A DNA stretch of 28,653 nt from Octopus sinensis (lineage: Eukaryota): positions 1-28,653 of the forward strand of contig NW_021833504.1 in NCBI RefSeq assembly GCF_006345805.1, given 5' to 3'. Every line of letters starts with the position of its first letter. Position 1 is the first letter of the stretch. Shown here in pieces: positions 10,550 through 19,524 of the stretch. The position numbers and the translations under genes were made by a program. The notes under the pieces were generated by a model. The model was given only the letters and a program-made list of their open reading frames with translations, was not told the origin of the DNA and did no database searches.

Positions 10550-11190
10550 TGGTGGGGGTTAGCGGTGGTAGAGTTGGGTGGTGTTAGTGATGGGGGTCGT
10601 GGCTGTGCGAAGGTTGGGAAATATGGACGTAGGGGTGGTGATGGTGGTAGAAGTGATGGTGGTGGCGGCGACGCTGTTGATGTTGTTGTTGTTGGGTGTG
10701 ATGTTGATGGTGGTGGTAGCGGTGACGGTGGCAGTGGTCATGATGGTGGTGGTGGTGGTGATGGCGGTGGTGATGATGATGATTGTGGTGGTGGTGATGA
10801 TGATGGTGGTGGTGGTGGTGATGATGGTGGTGGTGGTGGTGATGATGGTGGTGGTGATGATGGTGGTGGTGGTGATGATGGTGGTGGTGATGTTGATGGT
10901 GATGGTAGCGGTGATGGTGGCAGTGGTGGTGATGATGATGGTGGTAGTGGTGATGGTTGAGGTGATAGCTGCGGTGGAGATGATGTTAGTCGTGTTGTTC
11001 TTGGTGGTGATGATGGTGGCGGTGCGGATAGTGGTGTCGGGGGTGGTGATGATGATGATGATGGTAGAGATGTCAATCTCGAAGATGTTGGTGGTGGTGA
11101 GGGTGTTCGTTGTGGTGGTAGTGTCGGCGGTGGTGTCGAATATGATGGTGGTGGTGGTGGTATCGAGGATGGTGATGTGTTGCCGTTGGT
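10550..11190. repeat. Degenerate (GGT)n/(GAT)n microsatellite
   Basis: Directly visible. Confidence 0.9.
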
Positions 11191-11369
11191 AAGGATGAAG
11201 TGTCGTGGTGAAGCAGTCCCTATGCAGTGGTCCGTAACGTTGCTAGGAGTAACAACTCCGCCCCCATCCTTCTCCCCCCCTCTCGCTCCGTCTCACCTTC
11301 TTCTTCACTCACACCCTTTCTCTTCGCTCTTTACCCCTTCCGCTCTCCTCTCATAACCCCTTTCCTTCA

Positions 11370-11960
11370 CCCCTCTCTCTCTCTCTCCTTCTCTTCGCTC
11401 CAACTCTCTCTACCCCACCCTCTGGCTATCATTTCCTCCCCCTCTCCCTCCCTCACTCACACTCCCTCTCTCTCTGCTCTGCTCTCTCTCTCTCTCTCTC
11501 CCTTCCACTATTCTTCTCCCTCTCCTTTCCCTCTCTCTCTCTCCTTCTCTTCCTCCAACTCTCTCTCCCCCCACCCTCCAGCTATCATTTCCTCCCCCTC
11601 TCTCCCTCCCTCACTCACACTCCCTCTTTCTCTACTCTGCTCTCTCTCTCTCTCCCTTCCACTATTCTTCTCCCTCTCCTTTCCCTCTCTCTCTCTCTCC
11701 TTCTCTTCCTCCAACTCTCTCTCCCCCCACCCTCTGGCTATCTTTTCCACCCCTTCTCTCCCTCCCTCACTCACACTCCCTCTTTCTCTACTCTGCTCTC
11801 TCTCTCTCCTTTCCACTATTCTTCTCCCTCTCCTTTCCCTCTCTCTCTCTCTCTCCTTCTCTTCCTCCAACTCTCTCTCCCCCACCCTCTGGCTATCTTT
11901 TCCTCCCCCCTCTCACACTTCCTCTCTCTCTGTTTTCTCTCTCTCTCCCTTCCTTTCCCC
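11370..11960. repeat. CT-rich minisatellite, ~156-bp unit, about 4 copies
   Basis: Marker GCTATC at 11425, 11581, 11737 and 11892 (spacing 156, 156, 155). Confidence 0.9.
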
Positions 11961-11974
11961 TCTCTCTTTCCCCA

Positions 11975-12200
11975 AATCGACAGCGTCTTCTCTTACCCGT
12001 CGTTTCCACGGCAACGTTAATTACGACACACCACTTAACACCGTTTCAATTAAATAGCCTTTTAATGACTGTCTGTGTGTTTACGGCAAGGACCGCTAGG
12101 TGGCGGGGTCAAGAGGGTAAAAGAGAGGACACGAGGAGAGGTGAGAGGGCGGAAAAGGAGGGCAAAAGAGAAGAGCCTCTGATTGGTTAACTTCTACTTC
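11975..12200. promoter_or_regulatory. Candidate regulatory element: RFX X-box, CTCF-like site, GC box, inverted CCAAT box
   Basis: GTTTCCACGGCAAC 12002-12015; CCGCTAGGTGGCGG 12093-12106; GAGGGCGG near 12145; CTGATTGGTT from 12179. Motif matches only. Confidence 0.4.
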
Positions 12201-12273
12201 ACTAACCACAATGCATTCTGGATGTTTGTCTCAATGGCATTTGGAGGCAAATGGTTACAATTGCGAAACAAAA

Positions 12274-12412
12274 GCATGCTTCCAAACCGCATGGTTCCGG
12301 GTTCAGTCCCACTGCGTGGCACCTTGGGCAAGTGTCTTCTACTACAGCCTCGGGCCGACCAAAGCCTTGTGAGTGGATTTGGTAGATGGAAACTGAAAGA
12401 AGCCCGTCATAT
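12274..12412 (+). mobile_element. SINE-A 5' half
   Basis: CATGGTTCCGGGTTCAGTCCCACTGCGTGGCACCTTGGGCAAG...GAAAGAAGCCCGTC. Confidence 0.9.
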
Positions 12413-12423
12413 ATCTCTCTCAT

Positions 12424-12795
12424 TTATTCTTTTACTTGTTTCAGTCATTTGACTGTGGCCATGCTGGAGCACCGCCTTTAGTCGAGCAAATCGACCCCGG
12501 GACTTATTCTTTGTAAGCCCAGTACTTATTCTATCGGTCTCTTTTGCCGAACCGCTAAGTGACGGAGACGTAAATACACCAGCATCGGTTAGGGGGACAA
12601 ACACAGACACACAAACACACACACACATATATATATATACATATATACGACGGGCTTCTTTCAGTTTCCGTCTACCAAATCCACTCACAAGGCTTTCGAC
12701 GGCCCCGGGCTATAGTAGAAGACACTTGCCCAAGGTGTCACGCAATGGGACTGAACCCGGAACTATGTGGTTGGTAAGCAAGCTACTTACCACAC
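12424..12795 (-). mobile_element. SINE-A, near full-length
   Basis: Tail, internal (TG)/(TA) tract, core and head all present on the minus strand. Confidence 0.92.
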
Positions 12796-12800
12796 AAACA

Positions 12801-12972
12801 GGTGCAGGAGTGGCTGTGTGGTAAGTAGCTTGCTTACCAACCACATGGTTCCGGGTTCAGTCCCACTGCGTCGCATCTTGGGCAAGTGCCTTCTGCTATA
12901 GCCTCGGGCCGACCAAAGCCTTGTGAGTGGATTTGAGAGAGGGGAACTGCAAGAAGCCTGTCGCGTGTATAT
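12801..12972 (+). mobile_element. SINE-A 5' half (GAGAGGGGAACTGCAAG variant)
   Basis: GGTGCAGGAGTGGCTGTGTGG head; variant core shared with the units at 1-430. Confidence 0.9.
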
Positions 12973-13786
12973 ATATTTATATATAATTAAAATTTAGGGT
13001 AAAAATTGATATTTATCAATTAGAACCAGTGGTCTAGCATATTAAAGAAAGAATCCGAAGATTAAAATATTTATATATACCAATTAAGGACTGAACACGA
13101 AAAGTGGACAGTCAACATGCTAGATATAGACGTCAAATCGCCATTCTCCACAAAATGTCTATGTTCTCAGATCAAACTCAACACAAAACCAAAGCAATAA
13201 ACAAGTGAAAAATATACGAAATAAATATTTACCCATGTACTAAATTTAGTTTCGGTTGTTATTTTCCGCAAGGAAAAGTGCAACCATCATCAGCATGGTC
13301 CCATATAAAATGCAATTTGCTATACTAAATGCCAACACGATACCGAAATATCGCGTGCATGGAGTACGGCCTATTACATTTGAAATATATATTTCAAATG
13401 TCTCTACTTTTGGCGCGATGAGACCCGAGAAAACTAGCCTGCAGCTAATAGTTAGCAGCAGTTAATTTATCGGTTAGAGAACAAATATTTATATAAAATT
13501 AAAATTTAGGGTAAAAATTGATATTTATCAATTAGAACCAGTGGTCTAGCATATTAAAGAAAGAATCCGAAGATTAAAATATTTATATATACCAATTAAG
13601 GAAAATAACAACCGAAACTAAATTTAGTACATGGGTAAATATTTATTTCGTATATTTTTCACTTGTTTATTGCTTTGGTTTTGTGTTGAGTTTGATCTGA
13701 GAACATAGACATTTTGTGGAGAATGGCGATTTGACGTCTATATCTAGCATGTTGACTGTCCACTTTTCGTGTTCAGTCCTTAATTG
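12973..13786 (-). mobile_element. Hammerhead-bearing, ORF-less retrozyme-like / non-autonomous Penelope-like insertion (512-bp period, inverted 5' part)
   Basis: Direct repeat X 12973-13090 / 13485-13602 (1 mismatch); perfect inverted repeat Y 13081-13267 / 13600-13786; complete hammerhead at 13233-13298 (-); (TA)-rich sequence on both sides. Confidence 0.7.
13233..13298 (-). ncRNA. Type I hammerhead ribozyme with a complete core
   Basis: Minus strand: CCATG-CTGATGA-T-GGTTG-[22 nt including TTTTCC/GGAAAA hairpin]-CAACC-GAA-ACTAAATTTAGT-A-CATGG. Stem I 5 bp, stem II 5 bp, stem III palindromic; predicted cleavage after GUA, between plus positions 13238 and 13237. Confidence 0.85.
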
Positions 13787-13787
13787 T

Positions 13788-13831
<44 letters not shown>

Positions 13832-13832
<1 letters not shown>

Positions 13833-13890
13833 TTTACTTGTTTCAGTCATTTGACTGTGGCCATGCTGGAGCACCGCCTTTAGTCGAGCA
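13832..13890 (-). mobile_element. SINE-A 3' tail fragment
   Basis: TTTTACTTGTTTCAGTCATTTGACTGTGGCCATGCTGGAGCACCGCCTTTAGTCGAGCA. Confidence 0.9.
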
Positions 13891-13908
13891 TAATAATAAT
13901 GGTGATGG

Positions 13909-13939
<31 letters not shown>

Positions 13940-14129
13940 GATGGTGATGATTCTTTTAGAGTTCCTTAAATAAAAATGTCATTAAGACGCCGAAATTAGA
14001 TTAAATTAAGATGGCGGCAAGTGAATGGAGATCGTTTAAGGAATTAGAAGAAGAATTTGATGTAATTCGGTGCTGGAAATTGGTAAATGGGACGTAATAG
14101 AGAGAATAATGTAGGAACGGAATATAAGG

Positions 14130-17100
14130 AGAAGGAAGAGGGGAAGGAAGGAAGGAAGGAAAGAAGGAAGGAAGGAAGAAGGAAGGAAGGAAGGTAAGAG
14201 TGAATGGGAGTATGAAAGGAATAACGAAAGAAGAAAGTACAGGTAAAAAGGAAGGAAGAAAGACAAAGGAAGAAGGAAAATCAAAGAGATGTGGAAAGAA
14301 CGGGGAGGAAGAGAAGAAAACGAAAGAAAGAAGGAAGGAAGGAAGGAAGGAAGAATGGAATGAAGAAAGAGAGAAGGAATGAAAGAACGAGAGACAGAAG
14401 AATAAGAAGGAAGAATTGAAGAAAGAAAAAGGAGAAAGAAGGAAAAAAGAAGGAAGAAAGACAAAGGAAGAAAGAAAAGAAAGAGATGTGGAAAGAAAGG
14501 GGAGGAAGAGAAGAACACGAAAGAAAGAATGAAGGAAGGAAGGAAGAATGGAAGGAAAGAAAGACAGAAAGAAAGAAGGAAGGTAAGAAGAGAATGGAAG
14601 AATGAAAGGAATAACGAAAGAAGAAAGTACAGGAAAAAAGGAAGGAAGGAAGACAAAGGAAGAAGGAAAATGAAAGAGATGTGGAAAGAACGGGGAGAAA
14701 GAGAAGAAAACGAAAGAGAGAATGAAGGAAGGAAGGAAGAATGGAAGGAAAGAAAGAGAGAAAGAAAGAAGGAAGGTAAGAAGGGAATGGAAGAATGAAA
14801 GGAATAACGAAAGAAGAAAGTACAGGTAAAAAGGAAGGAAGGAAGACAAAGGAAGAAGGAAAATGAAAGAGATGTGGAAAGAACGGGGAGAAAGAGAAGA
14901 AAACGAAAGAGAGAATGAAGGAAGGAAGAGAGAATGGAAGGAAAGAAAGAGAGAAAGAAAGAAAGAAGGTAAGAAGGGAATGGAAGAATGAAAGGAATAA
15001 CGAAAGAAGAAAGTACAGGAAAAAAGGAAGAAAGACAAAGGAAGAAGGAAAATGAAAGAGATATGGAAAGAAAGGGGAGGAAGAGAAGAAAACGAAAGAA
15101 ATAATGAAGGAAGGAAGAGAACATGGAATGAAGAAAAGAGAGAAAGAATGAAAGAACGAGAGACGGAAGAATGAGAAGGAAGAATTGAAGAAAGAAAAAG
15201 GAGAAAGAAGGAAAAAAGGAAGGAAGAAAGACAAAGGAAGAAAGAAATAAAGAAATGTGGAAAGAACGGGGAGGAAGAGAAGAACACGAAAGAAAGAATG
15301 AATGAAGGAAGGAGGAATGGAATGAAGAAAAGAGAGAAAGAATGAAAGACCGAGAGACAGAAAGAAAGAAAGAAGGAAGGTAAGAAGTGAATGGAAGAAT
15401 GAAAGGAATAACGAAAGAGGAAAGTACAGAAAACAGGAAAAAGAAAAAAAAAGAAAAAAAAAATGAAAGAGATATGGAAAGAACGGAGAAGAGAAGAAAA
15501 GGAAAGAAAGAATGAAGAAGGAAGGAAGAATGGAAGGAAAGAAAGAGAGAAAGAAAGAAGGAAGGTAAGAAGAGAATGGAAGAATGAAAGGAATAACGAA
15601 AGAAGAAAGTACGGGAAAAAAGGAAGGAAGGAAGACAAAGGAAGAAAGAAAATGAAAGAGATGTGGAAAGAACGGGGAGAAAGAGAAGAAAACGAAGGAA
15701 GGAATGAATGAAGGAAGGAGGAATGGAATGAAGGAAAGAAACAAAGAAAAAAGAAAGAAGGAAGGTAAGAAGAGAATGGAAGAATGAAAGGAATAACGAA
15801 AGAAGAAAGTACAGGAAAAAAGGAAGGAAAGAAGACAAAGGAAGAAAGAAAATGAAAGAGATGTGGAAAGAAAGGGGAGAAAGAGAAGAAAACGAAAGAA
15901 AGAATGAATGAATGAAGGATGTGAGAAAGAATGAAGGAAGAGAGAAAGAAAAAAGAAAGAAGGAATGTAAGAGTGAATGGGAGAATGAAAGGAATAACGA
16001 AAGAAAAAAGTACAGGAAAAAAGTAAGGAAGAAAGACAAAGGAAGAAAGAATGAAAGAGATGTGGAAAGAAAGGGGAGGAAGAGAAGAAAACGAAAGAAA
16101 GAATGAATGAATGAATGAAGGATGTGAGAAAGGAATGAATGAAGAGAGAAAGAAAAAAGAAAGAAGGAAGGTAAGAGTGAATGGGAGAATGAAAGGAATA
16201 ACGATAGAAGAAAGTACAGGAAAAAAGGAAGGAAGGAAGACAAAGGAAGAAGGAAAAGGAAAGAGATGTGGAAAGAAAGGGGAGGAAGAGAAGAAAACGA
16301 AAGAAAGAATGAAGGAAGGAAGGAGGAATGGAATGAAGAAAAGAGAGAAGGAAGAATTAGAAGGAAGAATTGAAGAAAGAAAAAGGAGAAAGAAGGAAAA
16401 AACGAAAGAAGAGAGAAAGAAAACGAAAGAAAGAATGAAGGAAGGTAAGAAGAGAATGGAAGAATGAAAGGAATAACGAAAGAAGAAAGTACGGGAAAAA
16501 AGAAGGAAGACAAAGGAAGAAAGAAAAGAAAGAGATGTGGAAAGAAAGGGGAGGAAGAGAAGAACACGAAAGAAAGAATGAATGAAGGATGTGAGAAAGG
16601 AATGAAAGAAGAGAGAAAGAAAAAAGAAAGAAGGAAGGTAAGACGTGAATGGGAGTATGAAAGGAATAACGAAAGAAGAAAGTACAGGAAAAAATGAAGG
16701 AAGAAAGACAAAGGAAGAAAGAAAATGAAAGAGATATGGAAAGAACGGGGAGAAAGAGAAGAAAACGAAAGAAAGAATGAATGAAGGAAGAGAGAATGGA
16801 AGGAAAGAAAGAAGGAAGGTAAGAAGAGAATGAAAGGAATAACGAAAGAAGAAAATACAGGAAAAAAAGGAAGGAAGAAAGACAAAGGAAGAAGGAAAAT
16901 GAAAGAGATATGGAAAGAACGGGGAGGAAGAGAAGAAAACGAAAGAAAGAGTGAAGGAAGGAAGGAGGAATGGAATGAAGAAAGAAAGAAAGAATGAAAG
17001 AACGAGAGACGGAAGAATTAGAAGGAAGAATTGAAGAAAGAAAAAAGGAGAAAGAAGGAAAAAAACGAAGGAAGAGAGAAAGAAAATGAAGGAAGAAAAT

Positions 17101-17872
17101 AGGGAATGAAGGAAGAAAGGAAGAATGGAATGAAGAAAGAGAGAAAGAATGAAAGAACGAGAGACGGAAGAATTAGAAGGAAGAATTGAAGAAAGAAAAA
17201 AGGAGAAAGAAGGAAAAAAACGAAGGAAGAGAGAAAAAAATGAAGGAAGAAAATAGGGAATGAAGGAAGGAAGGAAGAATGGAATGAAGAAAGAGAGAAA
17301 GAATGAAAGAACGAGAGACGGAAGAATTAGAAGGAAATTGAAGAAAGAAAAAAGGAGAAAGAAGGAAAAAACGAAGGAGAGAGAAAAAAAGAAGGAAAGA
17401 AAATAGGGAATGAAGGGAAGGAACGAAGAATGGAATGAAGAAAGAGAGAAAGAATGAAAGAACGAGAGACGGAAGAATTAGAAGGAAGAATTGAAGAAAG
17501 AAAAAAGGAGAAGAAGGAAAAAAACGAGAGAAGAGAAAAAATGAAGGAGGAAATAGGGAATGAAGGAGGAAGGAAGAATGGAATGAAGAAAGAGAGAAAG
17601 AATGAAAGAACGAGAGACGGAAGAATTAGAAGAAGAATTGAAGAAAGAAAAAAGGAGAAAGAGGAAGAAAACGAAGGAAGAGAGAAAAAATGAAGGAAAA
17701 ATAGGGAATGAGGAAGGAAGGAAGAATGGAATGAAGAAAGAGAGAAAGAATGAAAGAACGAGAGACGGAAGAATTGAAGAAAGAAAAAAGGAGAAAGAAG
17801 GAAAAATACGAATGAAGAGAGAAAGAAAATGAAGGCAGAAAATAGGGAATGAAGGAAGGAAGAGAAGAAAAT
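14130..17872. repeat. 3.7-kb polypurine (GA-rich) compound tandem array: ~190-200-bp A units then ~150-bp B units
   Basis: A marker (ATAACGAAAG..GAAAGTAC) occurs 12 times from ~14221 to ~16838. B marker (AACGAGAGACGGAAG) at ~17001, 17156, 17310, 17461, 17609 and 17757, with related B segments inside the A zone (~14386, 15156, 15349). Confidence 0.9.
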
Positions 17873-17883
17873 GATACAGAGAT

Positions 17884-18096
17884 ATGTGTCTGTGTTTATC
17901 TCCCCAACACCGCTTGACAACCGATGCTGGTGTGTTTACGTTCCCTGTAACTTAGTGGAACGGCAAAAGAAAACCGATAAAATAAGTACTAGGCTTACAA
18001 AGAATAAGTCCTGGGAGTCGATTTGCTCAACTAAAGGCGGTGCTCCAGCATGACCACAGTCAAATGACTGAAACGAGTAAAAGAGTAAAGAGTATA
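17884..18096 (+). mobile_element. SINE-A 3' half
   Basis: CGCTTGACAACCGATGCTGGTGTGTTTACG...CTAAAGGCGGTGCTCCAGCATG...GAGTAAAAGAGTA. Confidence 0.9.
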
Positions 18097-18160
18097 TGCT
18101 TCATCTTCCGTCTTTCATTACCATATATATATATATATATATAATATATATATATATATA

Positions 18161-18210
<50 letters not shown>

Positions 18211-18219
18211 ATATATACA

Positions 18220-18611
18220 ATATAGGGACAAGAACGCAAAACATCCGGACAACTAGGTGTTACAAATAGGACAGCAAAACAGGGACGATACACAAAAACA
18301 AGGACGGGTCATTCGAAGTTTTCTTTCTTCAGTCAAGAACCACATCATCCTCGCAATTTCGGCTAATTAATCTTGAGATTGCTCCAATCTGACCAGCTCC
18401 AAGGAAAAAACTAAGCTAAGAGCATTAGATTCCTTGGAAATAAGCAACGAATGTATACAGAACAAGGACTAAAAAACAGATGTTACATGAATATAAATAC
18501 AAAATACAATAAAAACAATAATAATAGTAATAACAGAGCATAACAACAGGCGTCTTTCGACTGACGACGAATTGAATTCAGCTGGCGTGTATGGAAATGA
18601 AGCAGTACGGC

Positions 18612-18612
<1 letters not shown>
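18220..18612. mobile_element. Unclassified complex-sequence segment embedded in (TA)n; probable repeat fragment
   Basis: Non-coding, with (TA)n on both sides (18123-18220 and 18612-18680). No terminal structure established. Confidence 0.3.
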
Positions 18613-18648
<36 letters not shown>

Positions 18649-19232
18649 ATATATATATATATATATATTATATTATATCTATAAACATACATTTACGTAC
18701 ATACGAACATATATATATACACATACACAAATATTCATATGTATAGACCATATATACTCATATAAATACACACATGTATACACCATATATACAAAGATAT
18801 ATATGTACACACACGCACACGTATATATATATATCATGTATTTACATACATGTATATATACGTATAATTTGGATGTATATATATGTATACATGTATAAAT
18901 ACGTAATATCTATTATATATTATATTATATATATAATATATATATAATATATGTATATATATGTATGTCTATATGTGCGATAGATATATATGTATGTATA
19001 ATATGTATGTTATATATATGAATATGTATATATATATAGATAGATATATGTGTGTATCTGTGTGTGTTTGTATGTATACACATACATACACACATACATA
19101 TATATACATGTATAATATAGATATATATATATATAGTATGTATGTATGTATGTATGTATGTATATAAGTATATATATATATATGTATGTTGTATGTATGT
19201 ATGTATGTATGTATGTATGTATGTATATATGT
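18612..19232. repeat. (TA)n/(TATG)n/(CA)n compound microsatellite
   Basis: Directly visible. Confidence 0.9.
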
Positions 19233-19524
19233 ACACTCACCACACCAAACCCATCCTGAAGCACAAGAACAGACAGAAATTAGCCGCCATTCTTCACAAT
19301 TATTGCCAATCAGAACCACTTGGAAACCATTCCAGTGACACAACCACTTTATCACCACTCCACTACCACTACAACCATACCACCACCGCAGCCATTCCAT
19401 CACCAATTCAGCACCACCACCACCACCACCACCACTACCACCACCACCATACCACCACCCCCACTACTATCAACGTTCATCAAGTTTGTGAGCTATCACC
19501 TATCAACGAGTTAATGACAGACAC

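Noticed and set aside
10515-10558. G-quadruplex motif (five G-runs)
   Set aside because: Loops up to 9 nt and the site is at the edge of a GGT-rich tract; no independent support for function.
13088-13779. TTAA-flanked GG...CC element (Kolobok/piggyBac-type MITE with long TIRs)
   Set aside because: TTAA does flank both ends, but the 118-bp internal direct repeat and a hammerhead spanning the Y/Z boundary are not explained by a TIR element. Template-switch inversion explains all parts. Not fully excluded.
14001-16885. 949-, 545- and 487-aa F/S/L-rich ORFs on the minus strand
   Set aside because: A polypyrimidine strand cannot easily form stop codons; overlapping frames are all open.
18305-18340. 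Minus-strand CTGAAGA...CGAAT hammerhead-like motif
   Set aside because: GAAT instead of GAAA, and no stem I pairing found.
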